From Escherichia phage vB_ESM-pEJ01: a stretch of 64,000 nucleotides of DNA. The position numbers and the translations under genes are program-made. The stretch lies in the sequence record OP114734.1, one strand, 5' to 3'. Under the pieces are notes generated by a model, which was given only the letters and a program-made list of their open reading frames with translations, did not search any database and had not been told where the DNA came from. Shown here piece after piece: positions 55,754-62,584 of the stretch; position 1 is the stretch's first letter; every line of letters begins with the position of its first letter.

Positions 55754-56143
55754 TTATACCGGGTCTGGATATACCTTTTTATCGAGTTCCATATGCGGTC
55801 CGTCTTTAAAAGTAACCCAATCAACACCGCAGATAACAGGAACACCCAATTCTCGACCAGCTTGTTTAAATGCATCAGCGATCATGCGGTAATATTTCAT
55901 GTTCCATGTATCCTTATCTTTCGGATACGCTACAACGTCAACCGCGAAACCGTGAAGATGACGAGATTTCATAGTCTTAGATTTACCTTCCGCAACATAT
56001 TTCTTTTGCGTTTCTAGACTACGCACACCTTCCGTAATACCAAAATCGACCGGAGTCAGTTCTAATGCACGATGAACGACTTTTACCAGGTCTGGATGTA
56101 CACCAACAAGCCGATCTTTGCTTCTTTGAGATAATTTAAACAT
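55754..56143 (-). CDS. peptidase M15-like cell-wall hydrolase (candidate endolysin)
   Basis: Zn-binding signature SRHLHGFAVDV and later GPHMELD; 129 aa, no signal peptide. Confidence 0.5.
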   Translation of the reverse strand: MFKLSQRSKDRLVGVHPDLVKVVHRALELTPVDFGITEGVRSLETQKKYVAEGKSKTMKSRHLHGFAVDVVAYPKDKDTWNMKYYRMIADAFKQAGRELGVPVICGVDWVTFKDGPHMELDKKVYPDPV

Positions 56144-56171
56144 TATTCACCCCCTTTGTGAGTGATAATAT

Positions 56172-56363
56172 TTAGATTCCTGTGATCCTGCATAGAGTTC
56201 TTGTATTAGCACCAATCAGGATCGCATTAACAGCAACCATTCCCCAATCAACCCACGGATCATTATAAATGCTAAATCCGTTTGCAAGACCAAATACAAG
56301 CATTCCGGTACACATACTCAGAGCAATAATCAACATCACGGTAAAACCAAATGCAAATCTCAT
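56172..56363 (-). CDS. small membrane protein (63 aa)
   Basis: Two hydrophobic helices. Confidence 0.45.
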   Translation of the reverse strand: MRFAFGFTVMLIIALSMCTGMLVFGLANGFSIYNDPWVDWGMVAVNAILIGANTRTLCRITGI

Positions 56364-56364
56364 A

Positions 56365-56631
56365 TTATTTTCCTTTTCTCTGTTTACGTTTATAAAAGTA
56401 ATACATTACCTCATCTCGTCCGGTGACCCAACATGCTAGGGCGGTAAACAGGTTTACAATTCCCAACACACCTACGGATGCGGCGCTATCAACAGACATA
56501 GGAACAGTAAAGGCCATAGCTAACATAGCAACGCCACAAATGACATTAAGCACCATTATAATAAGACCGAAGAAAACCATTGTCAATCCTCCCAAATAAG
56601 AAAACCAACAATCACGCCAGTGATAAGACAT
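56365..56631 (-). CDS. small membrane protein (88 aa)
   Basis: Hydrophobic helices; basic C-terminus. Confidence 0.45.
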   Translation of the reverse strand: MSYHWRDCWFSYLGGLTMVFFGLIIMVLNVICGVAMLAMAFTVPMSVDSAASVGVLGIVNLFTALACWVTGRDEVMYYFYKRKQRKGK

Positions 56632-56774
56632 GATGCGCCGCTAATAAGACAACCCGCGCCAAGTGATTCCCACCAGATCAGAGAAGCGACAATAACACAG
56701 AATCCCCATACTACCGCAATCACAACATAGGCAAGGGTCGCCCAAAACATATATTTGTTCATAATAAATCCCAT
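56583..56774 (-). CDS. small membrane protein (63 aa)
   Basis: Two hydrophobic helices. Confidence 0.45.
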   Translation of the reverse strand: MGFIMNKYMFWATLAYVVIAVVWGFCVIVASLIWWESLGAGCLISGASCLITGVIVGFLIWED

Positions 56775-56947
56775 TCACCAAACAAATAAGAAAAAAGCCA
56801 TATCAACAGAAACGAGGCAATTGATCCGGCAAGCAAAATGATATTAGAGAATCCGCCGTCTATCCAGGCGACAAAACAGAATACGCCAGTATAGAAGCAT
56901 AAACCCAGTACAAAGCATACTATAAGCAACCATAGACAAAACGCCAT
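56759..56947 (-). CDS. small membrane protein (62 aa)
   Basis: Two hydrophobic helices. Confidence 0.45.
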   Translation of the reverse strand: MAFCLWLLIVCFVLGLCFYTGVFCFVAWIDGGFSNIILLAGSIASFLLIWLFSYLFGEWDLL

Positions 56948-57171
56948 AGAAAGCCCTCCAGTGAGCTAATTTAGTGCGGGTAGTACATTACCCTACCCGT
57001 ATTGTTAATCATCGCAGAGCTTCTTCTAGCGCGATCCAAAACCATCCACAAACAACGCCCATACAGACAGCTACAAGAAGATTCATTCTCTCTTTAGGGA
57101 TCATTGCAATCATAACAACAACCATACAGAAAGCCACATTACCATTGAAGTTAACATTTGTTCAACCATTA

Positions 57172-57510
57172 TCACACCTTTAAAGTCATAGACGCATAAA
57201 CATTAATGCCAGGCCAGTTAGGATCGCAATTATACTCAACATCCCACAAATAAAGCGGTTTAGATGTATCAGCCAAGTTTTTAAAATCTTCTACCCACAT
57301 TTCAAGGCTATATGATGGATAAACTAGGCTATCATATCCGCCGTAACGTTGGCCTACTGGTCGGTCAGTAAAAACTACCTCAAGATCCGGTAATTCTTTT
57401 TCAAGGATAACCGCCAGCGCATAAATCAGACGGTCTTCCTTGTTACGCTGCCGAAGGACCGTTGTCAGTTGGTTTTTCTGGTTCACTAGCAAGCACCTCC
57501 ACATTTTCAC
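57172..57510 (-). CDS. hypothetical protein (possibly 3' part of a frameshifted gene)
   Basis: Overlaps upstream ORF by 68 nt; no ATG after the overlap until residue 71. Confidence 0.35.
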   Translation of the reverse strand: MKMWRCLLVNQKNQLTTVLRQRNKEDRLIYALAVILEKELPDLEVVFTDRPVGQRYGGYDSLVYPSYSLEMWVEDFKNLADTSKPLYLWDVEYNCDPNWPGINVYASMTLKV

Positions 57511-57763
57511 AGAATGAAATTTTCACAGACACAATTTTACCATAAGTGAAGAATGAATATACATTATCGAGATATTCAACGTCACCTACAATCACATCAA
57601 ACTGCGGATCAGCAACCGCCGCAACATATTCTACCAGTTCATCAAGAGAATGCAACTTAATTTCATCAATTCGGCTGTATTTGGTTGCATCTTTAATTTT
57701 AAAACCACGTTCTTTCAGTTTGTCAATCAGAATTTCACGCGGAGTTTCAAACAGTTTGCTCAT
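57443..57763 (-). CDS. hypothetical protein (106 aa)
   Basis: GAGGATTATATTATG initiation region. Confidence 0.5.
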   Translation of the reverse strand: MSKLFETPREILIDKLKERGFKIKDATKYSRIDEIKLHSLDELVEYVAAVADPQFDVIVGDVEYLDNVYSFFTYGKIVSVKISFCENVEVLASEPEKPTDNGPSAA

Positions 57764-57784
57764 AATATAATCCTCACATTAAAT

Positions 57785-57985
57785 CTAAAATTTGTTAACG
57801 ACGAATTGCATAATTAGACTAATCACAAACATTGCAAACCAAGTATAAATGCAACAGATAAAAGCTACATACAATTCAATCTGGTCAGAGAATACACCGG
57901 GTAAAAGCATTAGCAAAATAACAACAGTAAAGACGCTAGCGATACCCGCAACAAAACCAATATCATTTTTACTAATCGTCATCAA
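57785..57985 (-). CDS. small membrane protein (66 aa)
   Basis: Two hydrophobic helices. Confidence 0.45.
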   Translation of the reverse strand: MMTISKNDIGFVAGIASVFTVVILLMLLPGVFSDQIELYVAFICCIYTWFAMFVISLIMQFVVNKF

Positions 57986-58191
57986 GTCACCGTTTTGTAA
58001 AGAAACACAATAAAATCCAAGACAAGAAAGACAGTGTAAATGATCATCGTCAAGACAGTAAACACTGTCAAATTTTCATCGTTAGTTAATTCATAGTCGC
58101 CCATCCATACAATCACAAGATATAGCATTGAAAGAATGGAAGCACCTACGAAGTTAAAAAACATATTCTTGAGCGTCATATTAACAACCAT
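57982..58191 (-). CDS. small membrane protein (69 aa)
   Basis: Two hydrophobic helices. Confidence 0.45.
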   Translation of the reverse strand: MVVNMTLKNMFFNFVGASILSMLYLVIVWMGDYELTNDENLTVFTVLTMIIYTVFLVLDFIVFLYKTVT

Positions 58192-58363
58192 CGCGGCTTA
58201 AGTCAACAGCAATTGCATACAGCATAATGAATATGCTAGCAGATCCGAGAATCAATACACCCTCACATTTTGAAACTCGCTCATCAAAATGTAACATTAT
58301 CCATCCGAGGATGTTAAAGGCGCAGACCGCGCCTATGTTCGCTAACCAATTAATCTTTTTCAT
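58181..58363 (-). CDS. small membrane protein (60 aa)
   Basis: Hydrophobic helices. Confidence 0.45.
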   Translation of the reverse strand: MKKINWLANIGAVCAFNILGWIMLHFDERVSKCEGVLILGSASIFIMLYAIAVDLSRDGC

Positions 58364-58371
58364 AATATACC

Positions 58372-58698
58372 TTAGAAAGAAACAGTTTTCAAGAAATCCA
58401 GATTTTCAGTACCGAAAAAGGAAAAGTAGTGTTTTCCTTTTTCGGTTTTAGAGAAAGCGATTGTCTTCTCTACATGGTGACGGAAGCCAGACAGACGATC
58501 ACCCAGGTCAAGGCGGCAAGCGTAAGTAGTGCCGTTTTCGAAAGTAACCTCGATTTGAGTTTTGTCATATTCGCTTTCATAGGCTTTTGCTGCCGCGTCC
58601 TGTGCTTTACGCTCGAAGTCTTCGAAGTGGAATACTTCGTTTGCGTTAGCGAATACAGAAGATTCAGAGAAGATAACTTTAACAGATACTGGTTTCAT
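58372..58698 (-). CDS. hypothetical protein (108 aa)
   Basis: Promoter-leader cassette upstream; AGGAGTATCAAAATG. Confidence 0.5.
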   Translation of the reverse strand: MKPVSVKVIFSESSVFANANEVFHFEDFERKAQDAAAKAYESEYDKTQIEVTFENGTTYACRLDLGDRLSGFRHHVEKTIAFSKTEKGKHYFSFFGTENLDFLKTVSF

Positions 58699-58740
58699 TT
58701 TGATACTCCTTAGTAGTTCGTGTTTCGTTTCGATGGGTGT

Positions 58741-58769
58741 ATTATGCTATACACCCTCTCGCGTGTCAA
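58741..58769 (-). promoter_or_regulatory. sigma70-type early promoter (-35 TTGACA rc 58764-58769; -10 CATAAT; IR gggtgtat/atacaccc)
   Basis: 17-nt spacer; recurring cassette. Confidence 0.5.
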
Positions 58770-58777
58770 CAACTTTT

Positions 58778-58966
58778 TTAGTCTTTTTTCATAATTTCTA
58801 GAGCAGTTTCTACAGCACCTTTCCAACCTTCCCACATAATGGACATAGTAAGGAAGTTAAAGCACCCGCAGGAATCAACCTTTTTAGAGATAAACCATTC
58901 TACAAACGCTTCGCTCATACCATGCTCTTTAGCGGATTCGCGTAATTGTTCAATTTGGTCTTCCAT
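58778..58966 (-). CDS. hypothetical protein (62 aa)
   Basis: ORF track. Confidence 0.45.
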   Translation of the reverse strand: MEDQIEQLRESAKEHGMSEAFVEWFISKKVDSCGCFNFLTMSIMWEGWKGAVETALEIMKKD

Positions 58967-58975
58967 AGTATCACC

Positions 58976-59176
58976 TCAACACTTAACATTATTCAAACGA
59001 TTTTGAAAGTACATATAGCAAGCATAATTTTGTTTTGGCTGTACCGTATCAGATAAGCACGCTTTTACAGCCTCGCGGTCCGATGGATCTACGCCCTCAG
59101 CGTTAAGCAATGCTAAGATCTGATAATAGCGTACTCTCAGTTGCGTTAATGGTTTCTCTCCCATAAAACCCTCCAA
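58976..59176 (-). CDS. hypothetical protein (66 aa)
   Basis: ORF track. Confidence 0.45.
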   Translation of the reverse strand: MEGFMGEKPLTQLRVRYYQILALLNAEGVDPSDREAVKACLSDTVQPKQNYACYMYFQNRLNNVKC

Positions 59177-59404
59177 TTAAAGTTGTTCTGCAATGTATGC
59201 GGTGCATTTACGGAGTTTAGCCATAGCACTACCTTTCATGTCGCTTGCGCCTACAATGTTCATGATCTCTAAGCGATCAGCCGGATTCAGTCTAGTAGCC
59301 CAGATCTGGTTAGCCAGTTCCATTTTACCCATCTGCGGTTCCATCTCAAACATTTCACGCTCAAAGTCGATAATTTCTTTTGCTGCGTCTTTAAAGTTAA
59401 TCAT
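59177..59404 (-). CDS. hypothetical protein (75 aa)
   Basis: ORF track; SD GGGAGGACCAAAATG. Confidence 0.45.
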   Translation of the reverse strand: MINFKDAAKEIIDFEREMFEMEPQMGKMELANQIWATRLNPADRLEIMNIVGASDMKGSAMAKLRKCTAYIAEQL

Positions 59405-59470
59405 TTTGGTCCTCCCGTTTCGTTGATGGTTGTATTGTAGGGGAGTTATCCTCCCCTGTCAACAATTTTA

Positions 59471-59656
59471 TCAGAAATATGCAATATAGTTTGCCAGTCC
59501 TACAGAGTCATCATTCGGCATTGCTTTTACCGCCAGTTCAAACCCTTCTTCAACTTTCTGTTTAGCGGATTCTTCGTTATAACCCCAGATGACCAGAATA
59601 GCTACTACGTTTTCTTTGCTTACTGCTTTCAGTGCTTTAGTGATGCGACGTGCCAT
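59471..59656 (-). CDS. hypothetical protein (61 aa)
   Basis: Promoter-leader cassette upstream. Confidence 0.45.
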   Translation of the reverse strand: MARRITKALKAVSKENVVAILVIWGYNEESAKQKVEEGFELAVKAMPNDDSVGLANYIAYF

Positions 59657-59702
59657 AATTTGATTCTCCGTTTAAGAAAGTGTGTTTCGTTTCGATGGGT
59701 GT

Positions 59703-59731
59703 ATTATGCTATAGGCGTGATCTGGTGTCAA
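59703..59731 (-). promoter_or_regulatory. sigma70-type early promoter (-35 TTGACA rc 59726-59731; -10 CATAAT)
   Basis: 17-nt spacer; recurring cassette. Confidence 0.5.
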
Positions 59732-59763
59732 CAACTTTTTTAAAAAATTTTAGGCAATAAAAA

Positions 59764-59785
59764 AGCCACTCCGAAGAGTGGCTTA
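59764..59785 (-). terminator. rho-independent terminator
   Basis: Hairpin agccactc-cgaa-gagtggct followed on minus transcript by UUUUUUAUU. Confidence 0.5.
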
Positions 59786-59786
59786 T

Positions 59787-59932
59787 AGGGAAGGTAGCGA
59801 ATCTTCCTTGTCTCCAACCTGCTAGCGGCCTAGCAAGTGAATGCTTTAGCGTACCGGATCACCCCATACGCTGTAATAAATGCGGCTAGGTGACGTCCAA
59901 ATCATTCTAACCGCGCTGTCTTTAGTTCACTA
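59787..59932 (-). ncRNA. candidate structured non-coding RNA / long 3' UTR (about 145 nt between stop codon and terminator)
   Basis: Several short hairpins (ggaag/cttcc, gctag/ctagc, gcgta/tacgc, gcggctag/ctaaccgc); no ORF; no tRNA cloverleaf found. Confidence 0.25.
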
Positions 59933-60151
59933 TTATTTATATCGCTTTCTCTCGCGACGTTTTTGATCTTCTTCCTTGATAGAGTTAAACGCATCAAAAA
60001 GACACATGACACTGATAATGAACATAACCGTATTTTCTACGATATCCCACGGCTTCGCATCAGTACAGATCCCCCAAACGGTAAGAAATGCAAATAGTGC
60101 AGAAGAGATCACAAGCATGATACTTGCTAAGATATAAAAAGTCATTTTCAT
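59933..60151 (-). CDS. small membrane protein (72 aa)
   Basis: Hydrophobic helices; basic C-terminus. Confidence 0.45.
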   Translation of the reverse strand: MKMTFYILASIMLVISSALFAFLTVWGICTDAKPWDIVENTVMFIISVMCLFDAFNSIKEEDQKRRERKRYK

Positions 60152-60342
60152 GGTTTTACCTCAATTCTTCGATATTCATCACACATCCACGCAGTAAGCA
60201 AGAATCCCAGCACATAAGCAACAAAATACGTTAATGCTTCTTCTGGTTTCGTGCTATGTATCATCAGTAAACCAGCGAGAACGGTCTTAACAATTACATT
60301 TAAAATAACTAGCCACGCAAATAATTTCATCGTTTGCCCCAT
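60148..60342 (-). CDS. small membrane protein (64 aa)
   Basis: Hydrophobic helices. Confidence 0.45.
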   Translation of the reverse strand: MGQTMKLFAWLVILNVIVKTVLAGLLMIHSTKPEEALTYFVAYVLGFLLTAWMCDEYRRIEVKP

Positions 60343-60566
60343 TTCGGTCGAGTCTTTTCAAACTTATACATTCCGTAACAATCTCGAATCATCCACGTAA
60401 CAAGAGCACCAGTCAACACAGACAATACACAGAAGAAGTAAAACGGTCCGGTTGCATTATCAACATGAGCAAGCCATGTAAAGAAAACACATGCAAGGAA
60501 CGTGAAGAACATCATAAAGCACAAGAAAGCAAAATATTTTATACTACTCATAGCGCCACCATACAA
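60327..60566 (-). CDS. small membrane protein (79 aa)
   Basis: Hydrophobic helices. Confidence 0.45.
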   Translation of the reverse strand: MYGGAMSSIKYFAFLCFMMFFTFLACVFFTWLAHVDNATGPFYFFCVLSVLTGALVTWMIRDCYGMYKFEKTRPKWGKR

Positions 60567-60654
60567 CAGATCATAAGAAACCCCAACGCAATAAGAATTG
60601 CGTCAAATTTAGTGAACTCAGGTCCACCTATCAACATCATTCGTTCTATTTCGT

Positions 60655-60897
60655 TCATAGCGTACAAAGCCATTTAAAAGCACCACATAAAGCGAGCAGA
60701 ATACTAGGTATAAACGAGATCATAACAAGTTTGCAAAAATCATCTAAGGTAACGCCGGAATAGCTACCTACTGTAACAACACCGATCATCAGACACAGAA
60801 AGAAAACAAATGCAACCAGAAACAAAGTATTGCTAAACAGTTTAGTGATCATTAGACACCCCACGACGATCAATTTCAAAAACTTTTTTACCATCAA
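60655..60897 (-). CDS. small membrane protein (start uncertain)
   Basis: Hydrophobic helices; overlaps upstream ORF by 56 nt. Confidence 0.4.
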   Translation of the reverse strand: MMVKKFLKLIVVGCLMITKLFSNTLFLVAFVFFLCLMIGVVTVGSYSGVTLDDFCKLVMISFIPSILLALCGAFKWLCTL

Positions 60898-61045
60898 CGA
60901 AGCATGTCACAACTGCCTCGTTGACTTCCGCAAATTGTTGTGTTACCCACTTAAGGTCAGAGCGAAACAATGTTCTATTAATAACAAATGTTTTACCGCT
61001 CTTATCCTTACCCATAAATTTTGCTTTAACCATATCCAATTCCAT
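60842..61045 (-). CDS. possible Dmd-like antitoxin (67 aa)
   Basis: MELDMVKAKFMG...QQFAEVNEAVVTCFVDGKKVFEIDRRG resembles my recollection of T4 Dmd (not verifiable here); not in the T4 dmd position. Confidence 0.35.
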   Translation of the reverse strand: MELDMVKAKFMGKDKSGKTFVINRTLFRSDLKWVTQQFAEVNEAVVTCFVDGKKVFEIDRRGVSNDH

Positions 61046-61054
61046 ATTATCACC

Positions 61055-61213
61055 TTATTTGCTAATCGCTAAACCCAATCCGAAGAGAGCACCCGATGCT
61101 ACAGTATACCCGAAAGTTTCAAATGCAGTAAAGATATCTAAGCCACCAGCTAACAGAGTTGCAGTAAACAGAGTACCAGCTACGAACATAAAAGTTTTAC
61201 CGATGAATTTCAT
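61055..61213 (-). CDS. small membrane protein (52 aa), not in ORF track
   Basis: MKFIGKTFMFVAGTLFTATLLAGGLDIFTAFETFGYTVASGALFGLGLAISK; AGGAGAATCAAAATG initiation region and promoter directly upstream. Confidence 0.5.
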   Translation of the reverse strand: MKFIGKTFMFVAGTLFTATLLAGGLDIFTAFETFGYTVASGALFGLGLAISK

Positions 61214-61244
61214 TTTGATTCTCCTTTCGTTTGTTTGTGGGGGT

Positions 61245-61273
61245 ATCTTACTACCCCCGTTTCATGTTGTCAA
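61245..61273 (-). promoter_or_regulatory. sigma70-type early promoter (-35 TTGACA rc 61268-61273; -10 TAAGAT; IR gggggta/taccccc)
   Basis: 17-nt spacer; IR 61240-61259. Confidence 0.45.
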
Positions 61274-61279
61274 CTATTT

Positions 61280-61654
61280 TTAAGAATATTTTACTTCGTC
61301 TACAATGTCTTTCATGACATTGATTTCCATTCCGGTCAGAACACGTTGGAACATGTGCTGCACATACGCTTTCAGGTATTCATTTGATGGCTTACTATCG
61401 AAAGTCTTTTTAGTGTAGTAGTCATCACCGAAAGCTACTGTAATTACATTTTCGTCGTCGCTCCAAGCGATATAAGCAAATTTGCCGTTATCCCAGAAGC
61501 GAGCACTAATTGCTACTTTTGTTGAATCGAATCCTACTTCGCTGTGAGATTCAAGAACTACTTGTGTGCCAGTTTCTTTATGAATGTAGTAGCGGGATAC
61601 TAAGTCAAAGTTACGGGTGTAGTGACATTCGAATTTATCTTTAAACATCATCAT
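61280..61654 (-). CDS. hypothetical protein (124 aa)
   Basis: Promoter-leader cassette upstream. Confidence 0.5.
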   Translation of the reverse strand: MMMFKDKFECHYTRNFDLVSRYYIHKETGTQVVLESHSEVGFDSTKVAISARFWDNGKFAYIAWSDDENVITVAFGDDYYTKKTFDSKPSNEYLKAYVQHMFQRVLTGMEINVMKDIVDEVKYS

Positions 61655-61692
61655 TTTTGATTCTCCTAAGTGTGTTTCGTTTCGATGTGTGC

Positions 61693-61721
61693 ATTATGCT
61701 ATAGTCGTTTATGGTTGTCAA
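61693..61721 (-). promoter_or_regulatory. sigma70-type early promoter (-35 TTGACA rc 61716-61721; -10 CATAAT)
   Basis: 17-nt spacer; recurring cassette. Confidence 0.5.
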
Positions 61722-61738
61722 CACATAAAAACAAAAAA

Positions 61739-61757
61739 CCCCGAAAAATTTTCGGGG
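61739..61757 (-). terminator. rho-independent terminator 3' of the 2H phosphoesterase gene
   Basis: Hairpin ccccgaaaa/ttttcgggg followed on minus transcript by UUUUUUGUUUUU. Confidence 0.5.
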
Positions 61758-61764
61758 TATAAAA

Positions 61765-62235
61765 TTACAGTTTGGACGTCCACTCCAGGTCTAGATCTTC
61801 GACATACTCATGAGATCGGACAATCTCTAAATCGAACTCTAGGTCAGTGCCAAATTTACGCGCACCAACATCATAAGAAAGCGTGATATGCGGTACATAT
61901 TCAGGATAATCCCACGTCGCGCCTAAAGCAGTGCCTATATCGTGTCTGAATTGCATGTAGTCGCTTTCAAATGCCAACACAAGCGCATTAGTACCGGATT
62001 GAGTTTCAAACACTTTAAGATGGCATAGAGAGCCTAAGAACTTTTCACCCTCTTCTGGTATAAACGGAACATAGACACGAGAATATAAGATAGTGCTATG
62101 CAGTTTATCACGAGGAACGGCATTAGGCAGATCGTAGAACTCCTGCAATTTTTCAATGCGGTCTAGTGTATCCTCAGTGAATTTAACCGCCGCATATGTA
62201 CCTTTAACGGATTCTCTAAACGGGGTCATAATCAA
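61765..62235 (-). CDS. 2H phosphoesterase, Acb1-like (T4 57B position; candidate anti-CBASS cyclic-nucleotide phosphodiesterase)
   Basis: Two H-x-T/S motifs (HSTILYS and HITLSYD) about 90 aa apart; about 155 aa; adjacent to 57A-like gene. Confidence 0.55.
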   Translation of the reverse strand: MIMTPFRESVKGTYAAVKFTEDTLDRIEKLQEFYDLPNAVPRDKLHSTILYSRVYVPFIPEEGEKFLGSLCHLKVFETQSGTNALVLAFESDYMQFRHDIGTALGATWDYPEYVPHITLSYDVGARKFGTDLEFDLEIVRSHEYVEDLDLEWTSKL

Positions 62236-62558
62236 GCCTCCGTGATCAGTTCTACTTCCTCTTCTGCGTCTTCCTCTTCTGCGTCTTCCTCTTCTGCGTC
62301 TTCCTCTTCTGCGTCTTCCTCTTCTGCGTCTTCCGCTGCTTCGTCTTTAGGGAGAAGTGCTTTCACTTCTTCGACAATAGCATCAAGGGAAACAGTGCCG
62401 TTTTCGTCTGGCTGAATACCAAGAATGCGTACCAGTTCCATCAATACACGCTCACGATCTTTCAGTTGGCCTTCTAAGAATGCGGCCTTTTCTTGAGTGT
62501 CAAACAGACGTACTTTCAGGACATTAATCATTTGTTCATGCTGATTGGACATATTCAC
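62232..62558 (-). CDS. 57A: gp57A-like tail-fibre assembly chaperone with acidic repeat tail
   Basis: N-terminal coiled-coil; position upstream of gene 1 as in T4; C-terminal (DAEEE)n encoded by 15-nt tandem repeat. Confidence 0.55.
   Translation of the reverse strand: MNMSNQHEQMINVLKVRLFDTQEKAAFLEGQLKDRERVLMELVRILGIQPDENGTVSLDAIVEEVKALLPKDEAAEDAEEEDAEEEDAEEEDAEEEDAEEEVELITEA
62261..62335 (-). repeat. 15-nt tandem repeat cttctgcgtcttcct x about 5 (codes EDAEE repeats)
   Basis: Direct tandem copies at 62261, 62276, 62291, 62306, 62321. Confidence 0.85.
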
Positions 62559-62584
62559 ATCTCCTACTTGTTGATAACTTTTTA

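Noticed and set aside
59787-59932. tRNA gene(s) in the position corresponding to the T4 tRNA cluster
   Set aside because: Could not fold any segment into a cloverleaf with canonical D- and T-arms by eye; the candidate T-arm-like hairpin has a 9-nt loop; left as unclassified structured RNA
62261-62335. Short direct repeats as a CRISPR array
   Set aside because: Repeats are 15 nt, contiguous without spacers and lie in-frame within a coding sequence
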